Below the pieces are notes generated by a model. That model was not told where the DNA came from, did no database searches, and saw nothing but the letters and a program-made list of their open reading frames with translations. The translations under genes were made by a program, and so were the position numbers. A stretch of 64,000 nucleotides of DNA, from contig OZ251239.1 in assembly GCA_965240325.2 (NCBI GenBank), positions 1,054,001 to 1,118,000 of the forward strand. Direction: 5' to 3'. This DNA comes from Rebecca billardiae RCC1528 (Eukaryota > Protista > Haptophyta). Positions 10,750 through 21,900 of the stretch are shown piece after piece; the stretch's first letter is position 1, and the number at the start of each line of letters is the position of its first letter.

Positions 10750-12216
10750 ATGCGCTGGGCGGTGCTCCTGGCCACGTCGCGCGCGCTCTCGGCAGCAGCC
10801 ATGACTGCGACGAGCAAAGTAGTCGAGCCGCGCGCGCTGCGCCACGTGGCCTCGGCGGAGGCGCCGCTGCCGTGCGGGCTGCTCGAGCGCGAGCACACGC
10901 TCACCTGCCCGCTCGACTGGACGGCGGCGGCCGGGAGCGGCAGCACGATCGACGTGTACGTGCGCGAGGTCTCGCTGGCGAAGAATGCGGGCAAGGAGCT
11001 CCCGCTCCTGCTCTACCTGCAGGGCGGCCCGGGCTTCGGCTCGCCGCGCCCGACCGCGCCGCCGACCGGCTGGATGAAGAAGGCGCTCGACGACTTTCGA
11101 GTCCTGCTGCTCGACCAGCGCGGCACGGGGCGCAGCACGCCGGTCACGCCGGAGGGCGTGCGCGCCCTCGGCCCGCCCGAGGCACAGGCTGCGTACCTCG
11201 CCTGCCTGCGCGCCGACTCCATCGTCCGCGACTGCGAGGCCGTGCGCGCCGCCGTCGGCGGCGCGAACGCAAAGCTCACCCTCCTCGGCCAATCTTTTGG
11301 CGGCTTCTGCATACTGACGTACCTCAGCCTGTACCCGGGCTCGCTCGAGCGCGCGCTCGTGACCTTCGGGCTCGCGCCCGTCGGCCAGCCCGCGCTCGAG
11401 GTGTACCGCCACACCTTCGAGCGCATGACCGAGCGCAACCGGCGCTTCTACCAGAAGTACCCGGGTGACGTTCGGAAGGTGCGCGCGGTGTTGCGCGCAC
11501 TCGCGGCCGAGCCCGCGCCGATGGCGGGCGGTGGCGTGCTCACGCCGCGGCGGTTTCTGCAGCTCGGGCTGCTGCTCGGCTCGGCGAGCGGCTTCGAGGC
11601 GCTGCACTACCTCCTCGAGGCCCCGTTCGAGGGCGGCCTCGCCGCGCCGGCCGACCCGGCGCGCCCACGCCTCTCAAAGCAGTTTGTGACGGCGTGCGAG
11701 CGGCAGCAGCCGTTCGAGGGCGCGCCCATCTTCTGGATCCTGCACGAGCTGATCTACGCGGACGGCGAGCACCAGCCGACGGCGTGGGCGGCGTCGCGCG
11801 CGCACGCCGAGCTCGCCGGCGGGCCCTTCGACTTTGCCGCCGTGCTTGGCAACGAGGACGAGGACGGCGCGCCCGCCTACTTCTCCGGCGAGATGGTGTA
11901 CCCGTGGATGGCCGAGGACTACGCCGAGCTGCGCGGGCTGGGCGAGGCGGCGGAGCTGCTCGCGAGCAAGCGGGACTGGCCGCGGCTGTACGACGAGTCG
12001 GTGCTGCGCGACACGAAGGTGCCCGTGGCCGCGCTCATCGCGTACGACGACATCTACGTAGAGCGCGCCTACTCTGAGCGCGTCGTGCGGCTGCTCGGCG
12101 AGCGCGCGAGCGTGTGGTGCACCAACGAGTTCGCGCATTCCGGGCTGCGCGACGACCCGAGCGTCTTCACCAAGCTGCTGGAGATGAGCAAGGGCGAGAG
12201 CGCCATCCCCGCCTGA
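10750..12216 (+). CDS. Prolyl aminopeptidase / proline iminopeptidase (peptidase S33)
   Basis: LLYLQGGPGF, LLDQRGTGRSTP, RADSIVRDCE, nucleophile motif GQSFGG, YDDIYV, TNEFAHSGLR. Confidence 0.93.
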   Translation: MRWAVLLATSRALSAAAMTATSKVVEPRALRHVASAEAPLPCGLLEREHTLTCPLDWTAAAGSGSTIDVYVREVSLAKNAGKELPLLLYLQGGPGFGSPRPTAPPTGWMKKALDDFRVLLLDQRGTGRSTPVTPEGVRALGPPEAQAAYLACLRADSIVRDCEAVRAAVGGANAKLTLLGQSFGGFCILTYLSLYPGSLERALVTFGLAPVGQPALEVYRHTFERMTERNRRFYQKYPGDVRKVRAVLRALAAEPAPMAGGGVLTPRRFLQLGLLLGSASGFEALHYLLEAPFEGGLAAPADPARPRLSKQFVTACERQQPFEGAPIFWILHELIYADGEHQPTAWAASRAHAELAGGPFDFAAVLGNEDEDGAPAYFSGEMVYPWMAEDYAELRGLGEAAELLASKRDWPRLYDESVLRDTKVPVAALIAYDDIYVERAYSERVVRLLGERASVWCTNEFAHSGLRDDPSVFTKLLEMSKGESAIPA

Positions 12217-12538
12217 GCGGCGCCTGTTGCCGCATGGCCGCACCGTGTGCGCGCCGCACGTGGCATCGTGGATGCCCTGAGCGGTACGCGCTGTGCTGGG
12301 ACGTGCTCTAAGACGTGTCCTCAGGCGCGCATGCGGCCTGCGGGCGCGTGCTCTGAGGCTGCGCGCGCGGCGCGCGGCCCGCGGGTGGTGCGGCAGCGGG
12401 CATGCTTTTTCAAAAATAAAATCGCCGGCGCGATGCCGATTTTCGCGACGATAGGCTTTTCGCCGCGGTGGAATTCGTCATCAAGGCAAAATACGTGGCG
12501 GCCCAGGGCGCCCGCGCCGCGCGCGTCCCAGCTCGCTG

Positions 12539-13897
12539 ATGAGCCGGCTCGCCATCGCAGCACTGCTGCTGTGGGCCGCATCGAGCGAGCGGGCGGTGGG
12601 CAGGGGAGACAGCCGCCTAGTGAGCGACCGCGCGCTGCAGCCCTTGTCCCTCCGCGGGGGCATCCTCGGCGGCAGGCAGCGCCGCGAGAGGCGAGAGCAG
12701 CGCGCGGCGGAGAAGGAGGCTGAGGCTGCGCTGGATGCCGCCGTCGCTGCAGCGACTCGAGCGGAGCTGACCGGCGCGGAGGCGGAGTCCGCGCCGGAAC
12801 CTAGCGTGGTCGACGAGCCGCCGACCACAGCGAGCGCCGTCGAGCCCGAGCCCGAACCCGAGCCCGCCGCCCCAGCGCCCGCAGGCGGCGAGGGCGGCGG
12901 CTCCGCCGTGGCAGCGGCGCTGCTTGGCGCCGCGATGTCTCAGTCGACGCCGCCGCCGGCAGCGGCGGCTGCGCCGAGCGGGGAGACGGCGGAGGACGAG
13001 GACGACGGCACGCCCCTCGGCGCCGCGCTCGCGCGCCTCCGCGCCTCCGCCGGCCCCGCGTACGGCATGGCGCTGGACACACTCGTGACTGTCGTCTCAA
13101 ACGTGCGCGCGCATCCGGACGAGCGCAAGTTCCGCCGGTTGCGGCTGAACAACGCGCTGATCAAGACGCGGCTGCGCGCGCTGGACGGCGGCGCCGAGTG
13201 CCTCTTCGCCCTCGGCTTCCGCCAGGAGGGCGAGGTCGGCGACGCCGCCGCGTACGTGCTCGACGACGTCGACGAGCCCGCGCTCGCGGCCGCGGCCGAG
13301 CGGCTCGTCAGCGTACGGAGCAAGGCGGTGGTGTCGGAGCAGGCGGCCAAGTCGGCCGCGGCGGGCCTGCTCGACCGCGCGCCGGAGGCGGTGAAGGAGG
13401 CGCTCGCCGCCGACGCCGAGCTGCGCTCGGCGGCCTCCGCCATGGTCGCGCACCCGCTCTTCTCCCACCTGATGGGCGACGCGGGCTTTGCCGAGCGCGC
13501 CACCTTTGCCGCCAACGACCCGCGCGGCCTGCGTGCGCTCGTCGAGGCCTTCAGCACGGGCCGGATCGAGCCGGTGAGCTCGCGCGAGGCGTGGTTCGAC
13601 CTGCTGCTCGACAACAAGTGCGTCGTCGCCCTCTTCTCCGCGAAGTGGTGCGGGCCGTGCAAGCTGCTCCGGCCCATCGTCGCGCACCTCTCGCAGGTGC
13701 CCTCGCTCTCAAAGCTCAAGTTTGTGCACGTCGATGGCGACGAGCTGCCCGTGGTCGCGCAGGAGGCGCACGTGAGCGCGTACCCGACCGTGAAGCTCTT
13801 CGTCGACTGCCGCGAGCAGGAGACCGTCGTCGGCGGCGACGTGCAGAAGCTCGTGCGCGTGCTCGAAGCGGCGGCGAGCTCGGCCTACAGCCGCTGA
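12539..13897 (+). CDS. PUB-domain plus thioredoxin protein with signal peptide (sPUB-like)
   Basis: PUB: TLVTVVSNVRAHPDERKFRRLRLNN..GGAECLFALGF. Thioredoxin: FSAKWCGPCK..VSAYPT. N-terminal MSRLAIAALLLWAASS. Confidence 0.88.
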   Translation: MSRLAIAALLLWAASSERAVGRGDSRLVSDRALQPLSLRGGILGGRQRRERREQRAAEKEAEAALDAAVAAATRAELTGAEAESAPEPSVVDEPPTTASAVEPEPEPEPAAPAPAGGEGGGSAVAAALLGAAMSQSTPPPAAAAAPSGETAEDEDDGTPLGAALARLRASAGPAYGMALDTLVTVVSNVRAHPDERKFRRLRLNNALIKTRLRALDGGAECLFALGFRQEGEVGDAAAYVLDDVDEPALAAAAERLVSVRSKAVVSEQAAKSAAAGLLDRAPEAVKEALAADAELRSAASAMVAHPLFSHLMGDAGFAERATFAANDPRGLRALVEAFSTGRIEPVSSREAWFDLLLDNKCVVALFSAKWCGPCKLLRPIVAHLSQVPSLSKLKFVHVDGDELPVVAQEAHVSAYPTVKLFVDCREQETVVGGDVQKLVRVLEAAASSAYSR

Positions 13898-14338
13898 GCC
13901 TGACTGATGAGTCGATGTCCGGGCGATTCGCACAGTATACGTCAGCCACAGCTCAGTGTCTCACTGGACCATGGTCCATGCGCGCATCACGTACTGACGA
14001 CATCGTCAGGCCATATATAGCTAGTTATCGTGCGCGCGCTGATGATTATTAATGTATACGACTGACTTATGGGCGACTTGTGTCTTGTGATCGGTCCCGC
14101 GCGTGTTGTCGCGCCGCGCCCGCTCGCCGCTGCCCGCGCCAGGCCGCGGAATATACGGCGGCGGAACCGGCGGTCCGGCCTCCGGGACCGGGACTGGGTC
14201 ACGTACTACGTATAGTTCCGATGAACTGAATAGTGAATTGACGGATGCGGTCGTCCGATGATGCGGCCTGATATGCGGCACCCCAGGCGCGGCCCGTCCA
14301 GGCGACAAGCTGCGCGCGATCACGCGCATCGGCGCGAG

Positions 14339-15619
14339 CTAGAGCATCCGCACGCCCTTGCGCTGGAGCGAGCTGGCCAGCACGGGCAGGCTCGCGAGCT
14401 TGAGCACGGTCCCCGCCGCGGCGAGCGCAGCGAGGATGCCCAGCCCCGCGTGCGACTGCGCCGTGCGCCACTCGGACGGCTGTGCGAGCGCGAAGACAGT
14501 CACGCCCACCTCGACCACGCTGAGCCAGAGCGCGGAGAAGACGACGGTGGTGACGCGCTCGCCCTCCGTCGCGACGGGCACGATCGACGTGAAGAGCGCG
14601 GCGAAGAGGGCGATGCACCCGCCCTCGCGCGGCTCGCCTGGCTCGCGCGCGCGGCGCGTGACTATGCGCACGGCGGTGACACCGATCACCGTCATCATCA
14701 CCACGGGCACGAGCAGGTCGCCGAAGGCGCGGGAGCAGAGCGCGACGGCGAGGGCGCGCGAGAGCATGCCGCCGAACACGTGCGAGAAGCTCGCGGTCGC
14801 GTCGAGCGTGCTCGTCGGCGCCGCCTCGCCGAGCAGCTCGGCGCGCGCCACCTCAGGTCCCATTCGAACCAGCCGCTCGCCGAGCGTGCTCGAGATGGAG
14901 AGGAGGGAGCACGCGAGCGAGGTGAGGCTGAGCCACGGGGCGCGCACGGCGGCGGTGGAGAGCAGCATGTACAGCTGCACGTACGTCTGCGGGCACGCCT
15001 CGAGCAGCGCCTCCGTCGCGCGCGGCGCCTCCACGTCGCTGCGCTTGAGCGCGCCTTGCCGCCGCAGCGCCAGATATGGCCCTCTGAGCTGAAGCACGCT
15101 CGAGAGGATGTACGCCGGCTCGCGGTAGTCCGCGTCGGTGGCGGCAAGCACGACGTCCCAGAGGGTGGCGTTCGCCACGATCAGTAAGCTCACCAGGCCC
15201 ACGCTCACGCGGCCGGCGTGCATCCACACGAGCGCGAGCGCGATGTCTGACCACGCATCCAGCGTCGGCAGCGCGGCGCACACGTACAGCCAGCCTCGCC
15301 GCGGCCACTGCAGGTGGCTGCGCCAGAGGTAGATGGCCACGGCGATGGCGGCGATGGCGGCCGCCGCAATCGCCACGCTCGCCGGCAGGTTCGGTTCCAT
15401 CGGCGCACCGGGCTCGGGGAGAGGGAGCGTGGACGCGCTGCTGCGATTGCTCTCGACAAAGTCGCCGGTGACGGGCTGCTGCAGCGTGCTGTTCGAGGCG
15501 TTGGATTGCCCCGCGTCGGTGCCATTGATCGCGAGGTCTGCGGGCGCGATTCCGGCGCACACCCCGTGCAGAAGGAGCGCGGCGAGCGCTGCCGGCCGCG
15601 CCATCAGCCGCCGCGCCAT
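14339..15619 (-). CDS. XK-related membrane protein (putative scramblase family) with signal peptide
   Basis: TLDAWSDI and EALLEACPQTYVQLY match XK-family motifs; multiple hydrophobic segments. The true start is probably ATG 15619 inside the long ORF. Confidence 0.75.
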   Translation of the reverse strand: MARRLMARPAALAALLLHGVCAGIAPADLAINGTDAGQSNASNSTLQQPVTGDFVESNRSSASTLPLPEPGAPMEPNLPASVAIAAAAIAAIAVAIYLWRSHLQWPRRGWLYVCAALPTLDAWSDIALALVWMHAGRVSVGLVSLLIVANATLWDVVLAATDADYREPAYILSSVLQLRGPYLALRRQGALKRSDVEAPRATEALLEACPQTYVQLYMLLSTAAVRAPWLSLTSLACSLLSISSTLGERLVRMGPEVARAELLGEAAPTSTLDATASFSHVFGGMLSRALAVALCSRAFGDLLVPVVMMTVIGVTAVRIVTRRAREPGEPREGGCIALFAALFTSIVPVATEGERVTTVVFSALWLSVVEVGVTVFALAQPSEWRTAQSHAGLGILAALAAAGTVLKLASLPVLASSLQRKGVRML

Positions 15620-15822
15620 TGGTGGAAGTTGGACGGCACGACTCAGCAAGGAAACTGCCCACGCAGCGGCTCCCGCGTGCTTCGTTCGAAGCGCGCGAAT
15701 CAGCGGCGGGCAAAGCGGCGCGCCCTTTTTTAACATGATATTCACGACGCAATATAATTGCCAATTTGCTGAATACAAGTTTGCATGCGCGCACCGCGCG
15801 CGCGGGCGCCGCAGAGTCTGGC

Positions 15823-17370
15823 TCAGTGCAGATCGTTGGCCGACACGGGCGGGGCATCGTGGAAGGGCTGCTCCCCGGGCGCGTCCGTCGCCCGCCGCTC
15901 GGCCAGCCGCTCGGCCGCCTGCTGCCGCTGGATCTGCTCGAGCGCGAGCCCCGTGAACCGGTTGACGTACGGCGGCAGGTTGGTGCAGAACGCCCAGTTG
16001 AACGTGACGTATGGGAGCAGCACGGCGGTGCAGAACGTGCAGACCACCACCACCACGCGCCACTGCCCGTGCTCGTCCTTGAAGTGGTGCTCGTCCTTCA
16101 CCCACTGACGAAACTGCGGGTTGAGGAAGAAGACGGCCGTCCAGAAGATGCAGCGCCACATGAGCGCCTGCAGGAGCCGCACAAAATACACGCCGCCGTG
16201 GTTGGGGGTCACGGTGTGCCCGTCGTCCGCGCTGCCGTAGATCCGCGCGTCCGCCGCCACGCGGATCGCCGCCTGCCGCCGGTCGTACGCGACCACCCAC
16301 ATCGCGCCGAGCGCCAGCAGCGTCGCGCTCTCGAAGAAGGCGTCAACTGCCATGTCCTCCGCCCCCAGGTAGAGGCACGCCGCCTCGAGCAGCGCGACGC
16401 CGATCACCGTTAGCCAGGTCTGCCACTTGAAGTCGACGAGCTCCTCCAGCTGCGTGGAGAGGCAGATCGCGAGGTAATCCGCGAACGGGAAGCGCTCGTC
16501 CAGCGGCTGCTGCCCCGCGAGCGAGTGTGCGGACGGGTCCGCGTCCGCGCGCGAGCAGCAGCCTGGGCTCATCAGGTCTGCGACGGGGCGGCGCGAGAGC
16601 TGCAGCGCGTTGACCCAGTGGATGAAGTACCACTTGACGTTGTCGAAGCGGCGCGGGTCCGAAAGCGGCAGCTGCAGCCGCTGCCACCGGCTCACCTCCC
16701 CCTTCGCGTTCGGCTCCCGCTCCCAGCGCGTGTGCCGCTCGCACGCCGTGCGCACGTACGCAATATAGATCGCCATCAGAAAGAAGTAGAGGAGCATCGA
16801 GATGAAGATCTGCATGTGCACGTCCTCCACCACGTGCAGGAGCGCGTACCCGTCCGGCGGGTAGTGGAACGGCTTCCGGCGCAAGCGCGAGCCATCGTCG
16901 CCCTCGGACATGACGCAGGCTGGCGCCGCCGCCGCGAGCTGCCTGCCTGCCCAGCTGAGCAGCAGCCGGTGGTGGAGCGCCGCGCCGGCGCCAGGAGGCG
17001 CACTGGGCGGCGGCGGCGCCGCAGACGAGGAGGCGAGCTCGGAGTACTCGACGTGTGCGCACGGCTCCGGGCCGTCCGGCAGCCAGCTGACGATGGCGCT
17101 GAAGCCGCCGCTGCGATTGATCACCCAGACGCAGAACGCGACGAAGCCAAGCACCATGAGCTCCATCGACATGCGGTTGAACAGCCGGCCGAAGAAGGTG
17201 GAGATGTCGGTAGGCAGCGGTTCGCCGTGGTGCGACCGGAAGAGCCGGCCCCGGAGCCAGTGCATGATCGTGTCGAAGGCGAGCGCGACGGAGCAGATCA
17301 CCGCCGCGACGATGCTCTGGAAGAAGCGGTACTCCTCGTACGTCGAGCTCCAGTCCCCCTCCTTGCCCAT
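15823..17370 (-). CDS. MLO: MLO-family multi-pass membrane protein
   Basis: MELMVLGFVAF, LHVVEDVHMQIFI, RWE, FPFADYL..LEELVDFKWQTW correspond to MLO conserved blocks; start ATG 17370. Confidence 0.75.
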   Translation of the reverse strand: MGKEGDWSSTYEEYRFFQSIVAAVICSVALAFDTIMHWLRGRLFRSHHGEPLPTDISTFFGRLFNRMSMELMVLGFVAFCVWVINRSGGFSAIVSWLPDGPEPCAHVEYSELASSSAAPPPPSAPPGAGAALHHRLLLSWAGRQLAAAAPACVMSEGDDGSRLRRKPFHYPPDGYALLHVVEDVHMQIFISMLLYFFLMAIYIAYVRTACERHTRWEREPNAKGEVSRWQRLQLPLSDPRRFDNVKWYFIHWVNALQLSRRPVADLMSPGCCSRADADPSAHSLAGQQPLDERFPFADYLAICLSTQLEELVDFKWQTWLTVIGVALLEAACLYLGAEDMAVDAFFESATLLALGAMWVVAYDRRQAAIRVAADARIYGSADDGHTVTPNHGGVYFVRLLQALMWRCIFWTAVFFLNPQFRQWVKDEHHFKDEHGQWRVVVVVCTFCTAVLLPYVTFNWAFCTNLPPYVNRFTGLALEQIQRQQAAERLAERRATDAPGEQPFHDAPPVSANDLH

Positions 17371-17671
17371 CTTGGCGTGCGTCGCGCCGACGACGCAGGT
17401 CGCGCAGTCGCGCAGCCGCAAAAGCGAGTCGCGGTCACTCGCGGTGAGCCGAGATACCACACGCCCGGCCGGGGGCCGCGGAGGCGGCTGCGGCGGTGGG
17501 CACTCTTCAGTCAGCCCGACGATGACCGCCGACGCAGTTGTAGAAGAGACTAAAAAAGACAGTACTGTAAGAGTAGCAGTACCCCCATAAGTTAGATCAT
17601 AGATGTCTGCGACTGTTGACGTTACAGTATGGTCACTGAAGGCGGCGAGGCGGACGAGCCGACTGGCGCAA

Positions 17672-18730
17672 TCAGCTGCCCGCGTGGAAGTCCGCGAGGA
17701 TGCGCGCCGCCTCGTCCGGCCGCTCGAGGTGCGGCACGTGCCCGCAGTTGTCCAGCAGCTCGAGGCGCGCGCCGCCGAGCAGCTCTGACACGCGCGGCGC
17801 CGTCTCGTCTGGGGGCACGATGCCGTCGTCCTTGCCCCACATGAGCAGCACCTCGCGGCGGCGCGCCGCGTCGGCGGCCTCGGCGCGCGTGAGCAGCGGC
17901 AGCTGCGACGAGATCGCGATCCCGCCGGACAGCATGTACTCCACGTTCCCATCCAGCCAGCGCGGCAGCTCCACCGGCAGTCGGCCCACCTCCAGCGCGT
18001 CGGTTGTGGCGAACAGCTCCGCGTCTGAGTAGGACATCTTGTTCGCGATCGAGCGGAGCCAGCGGCTGCCGAGGACGCGCACGCCGGCGGAGGCGAGCGG
18101 GCGGGGCAACGAGGACATCGCGCCCGTCCCGTCCACGAGCACCTGCGGGTCGAGCAGCGCGAGGCGCTCGACGGCGTCTGGCGCGTCGAGAGTGAGACCG
18201 GCGGCAAACGCGGCGCCGAGCGACGTGCCGACGAGCGTGACGGGCGCGTCGACGGCCTGGCGCCAGAACTCGTAGAGGTGGCGGCGCTTCGCCTCGGACG
18301 AGAAGTCGCGCACGCGGTCGCGCGACGTGAAGCCCCAGCCCAGAATATCGACGGCGATGACGTCGTGGCCGAGTGCCTCCAGCTCCGGGACGAGCCGCCG
18401 CCACTCGAGGGAGGAGGAGTCGAAGCCGTGGAGGAGGAGGATGGGCGGCGCGTCGGAGGGGCGGGCGGACGCGTCCGTGCGGTAGTACACCGTGCGCACC
18501 GGGCCGTCCGCGATCGCGCCGTCGAGCCGCACGTCGAACGTGCGCAGCTTGCGCGCCATGTCGCGCGCGCGCTGCTCCTCGATCGACTCGATGGCGGGCG
18601 GCATCCACTCGGGCCACGCGCCGGAGACGGCGGCGCTGGCGACCGGGGCGCATCGCGCGGGTACGCGTGTCCGCAGCGGCCCCGGCGTCGCGCCGTGCGC
18701 GACGGCCGTGATGAGCGCGAGCAGCAGCAT
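17672..18730 (-). CDS. Alpha/beta hydrolase with bipartite presequence
   Basis: LLLHGFDSSSLEWRR, DILGWGF, GTSLG, WGKDDGI, CGHVPHLERP. Confidence 0.9.
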   Translation of the reverse strand: MLLLALITAVAHGATPGPLRTRVPARCAPVASAAVSGAWPEWMPPAIESIEEQRARDMARKLRTFDVRLDGAIADGPVRTVYYRTDASARPSDAPPILLLHGFDSSSLEWRRLVPELEALGHDVIAVDILGWGFTSRDRVRDFSSEAKRRHLYEFWRQAVDAPVTLVGTSLGAAFAAGLTLDAPDAVERLALLDPQVLVDGTGAMSSLPRPLASAGVRVLGSRWLRSIANKMSYSDAELFATTDALEVGRLPVELPRWLDGNVEYMLSGGIAISSQLPLLTRAEAADAARRREVLLMWGKDDGIVPPDETAPRVSELLGGARLELLDNCGHVPHLERPDEAARILADFHAGS

Positions 18731-18923
18731 GGCACGCGCGCACATCAAGTCCGCGCGCTGCATCGTGAGTGCGCTTCGAGCGGATGCAAGGCCAAGGACG
18801 CGTGGTCCGGATCAAGGTCAAAGATGTCGAACGACCCGGACGCTTGCTTTCAACTGCCGCCGTGCGCGCGCTGCACGCCACCCACCGGCTGTGCGGGGAA
18901 GACGACGGGAGGGAGCTTGCTCG

Positions 18924-21900
18924 ATGGCCGCCACAAAGCAAGCGGAGCACAAGCAGTACCTGCAGCTCCTCGCCGAGCGGAACACACTGCGCAAGCGCAT
19001 CCAGGTGCGAGCCCACCCCCTTCCCCGCGCCGACGGGGCGGACGCGCGCGAGCGCCCAGCGAGCGCGCGGATGCTTGGCGCAGCGCCCCAGGCCAACCGC
19101 CGCGGTGCGATCGCGCCGCGCCGCTCTGCGCGCGCAGGAGCGCGCGGGGAAGGAGCAGAACGAGCTCAAGGAGCGCGAGGCGGGCTTTGACATCTACGTG
19201 AGCGGCGCCAACGCTGAGCGTGCACAGCGCAAGGAGCTCGCGCGCGCTCAGCCGCGCGCGCGCGCGGCTGCCGCCGCCGCGGCGGCGACTGGCGGCACCG
19301 CCGGCGCGGGCGCAGGCCCGACGGCGAGCCGCACGGAGAGCGGCGCCGCCGATCAGCTGGACGCCGCCGACGACGCCGCCGCCGGCTCCGCCTCACGCCC
19401 GCGCCGCGGCTGGCAGCAGGGCTCGGTATCCATCCTAGCAGACGGCGGCGCAAAGGTGCGCCTTCGCCCCACGGGCGGTCCGGGCGGCGGACCGGCGGCG
19501 GGCGGCGGCGGCGGCGCGGAGCTCAGCTTCAGCTCCGCCGAGGTCGACCTGCTGCGCACCAGCCTGCAGGGCGCGCTGCCGAGGGCGCCGCCCGGTGCCG
19601 CGGCCGCGGCGCCCGCCGGCGCGCCTGCGGCCGGCGGCGCAAGACTGCAAGGGCGGCCTGCCGCGGCGGCACACGCGGCATCCGGCGCGGCGGACGACGA
19701 GATCCCGGAGGTGCTCGACGACGACGCCGAGCCCGCCTCGCCCCCGCCCGCCGCGCCACGTGCCCCGCGCGCCGGCGCGCGGTTGGGCGGAGCCGCTGCG
19801 ATGGGGAGCGATCTCGACGGCGAGATTGCGGAGGAGCTGGGCTCGTCTGATAACGAGCACACGGACGAGGAGAGTGGCGCGACGTCCGCCGCGTCGCAGC
19901 CCGCGCCGCCGCCGCCGCCGCGCCCGAGCGCCGTGCCGCCGCTGCCGCTCGGCAGCGGCGGCGCGGCCGGCCTCGCTCCGGCGCGCGGCGGCAGCGGCGG
20001 GAGTGGCGGCGCAGCGAGCGCTCGCGTCGTGCGGAACGTGAGCGCGCTCTCGGCGCGGCGGCGGCCGAGCTCGGGCGCGGCGACGCGCGGCGACGCGGGC
20101 GCCGCCGCGGTTGGCGGCACGGCGAGCGCCGCCGCCCTCGCCGCCCTCGCCGCCGAGAACGACCGGATCCGGGCGGCGGCCGCGCCCGGCCACGCGGCGC
20201 CCGGGCGTGGGCCGTCGCCGTCGGCGTCGGCTGCGCCGTCGCCTGGGCCTCCGCGCGCGCACGGCGTGGTGCCCGCGGTAGCGCCGGCCGGCCGGCCGCC
20301 GAGCGCGTCGAGCCGCCCGTCGAGCGGCGCGCGCCTCCCGCCCTCGGCCGTGACGCCGCGCGCGCTCGGCGGCGCGTCCGCTCGACCGGCGGCGCCGGCG
20401 CCGACGGCGGCGGGTGCCAATGCGCAGCCGCCGTCGGCGCGCGCGCCGGGCGTGACGGATGTGTGGGCACCGGCGGCGGGGTCGGCGGCGAGGGCCTCGC
20501 CGCCGCCCTCTGGCCTCGGCGCTCCCGCTGCCCCTGACGCGGGTGCCCCGCCCGGCCCAGCCGAAGGCGGAGGCGGCGCCGCGGCGGCTCGGACGCAGCC
20601 GTCGCAGCCGGCGGCAGCCTCGGCGCAACCTGCCCGGTCCGAAGCCGCGGACGATGCGGAGGCGGGCGCGCCCGCGCCCGCCGGCGGCGTTCTCCTCGAG
20701 CGCGTGCTGCGGCTGCCGCCCTCGCAGCAGCGCTCGCTGCTCGAGCTGCTCGACAAGATCGACAGCGCGCAGCAGACGGGTGCCGACCTGCGCGAACTGT
20801 GGGAGGCGGTGGGCGGCGGCGGCGGGGCGGGCGGCGGCGGCGCGGACGGCGCTGAGACTGAGCCCGCCTCCGCCGAGCCGCCCGCCCGCCCGGCCGCGAG
20901 CCCGTCCTCGCTGCTGAGCGCCGCGGCCGCGGAGGCCGCGCTGGTGGAGACGGACCAGGGCGAGGCGGGCCCGGCGCTCTGCGTGCGCCTGCTCGCGAAC
21001 TGGGGGCACCCGCACCACATCGGATTGTGCGGCCTCGAGCTGCTGGACGCGGACGGAGCCGTGTTGCTCGACGCGCCGCTGTCTGCAGGGCTGCTCACCG
21101 CCGAGCTGCGCGAGCGATCTGGGCGCGAGATCTCGCTGGTCTACTCGACCGAGCTGGGCGGCGGCGGCGTGGCGGCGGGCGGCGCGGCGGGCGGCGCGGG
21201 CTCGCTGGGCGGGCTCGGCGCGCTGCTTGACGGTGTTACGCGCACGGCGCACCCGTTGCATATGCTGGCGGTCGCGCTGCCGCCGCGCCCGGCCGTGCTC
21301 GAGCTGCTCGTCGCGCCCACGCCCGCGGGCGCCGCGCAGCTCGGCAACAAGCGCGTCTGCGGCCTCCGCATTTTCAACTACAACCGGCCTGGGCGCGACG
21401 GCTCGAAAGGCGTGCGCTTCGCCGAGCTTCTGTGTGGGTCGGTGGTGTTGTGGGCGGGGGAGCTTCGTAAGGGCGCGGGCGACGGCGGGTCGGACGCGCA
21501 CGCCACCACCATCACCTGGCAAGCGTCGATGGGCAGCGAGGGCGCGGCGGCGGCGAGCGGCGTGGCCGCAGCCGCCGCCGCCGCTGCGCAGGCCGATGCG
21601 GCGGCCGGCAAGACGGCCGAGGGCGGCGCGGCTGGCGTGGCGACGGCGGCTGCGCCCGCGGCCGCGCCGCACGCCGCGCGCCCTCGCCCGAGGCCGCAGC
21701 CCTCGCCGCCGCTTCGGCCCGCGGCGGCCGGCGCGCCCGCCGCGGCCGTGCAGCCGAGCCCGCGGCGCGCCCTCGCTGCCGTCTCCCAGCCCGAGCCCAC
21801 GGTCGCAGTGGCGCGCGGCGCGGCGGCGCCGCCGCCGCCGCGCGAGATGCGCGCGCCGCCGCTGCCCGCTGTCAAGCCCGCCGCCGCCGCCGAGCCTGCC

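Noticed and set aside
15823-18735. 970-aa MLO fusion ORF
   Set aside because: The N-terminal half is an off-frame reading of the hydrolase gene and intergenic DNA; MLO similarity begins at ATG 17370.
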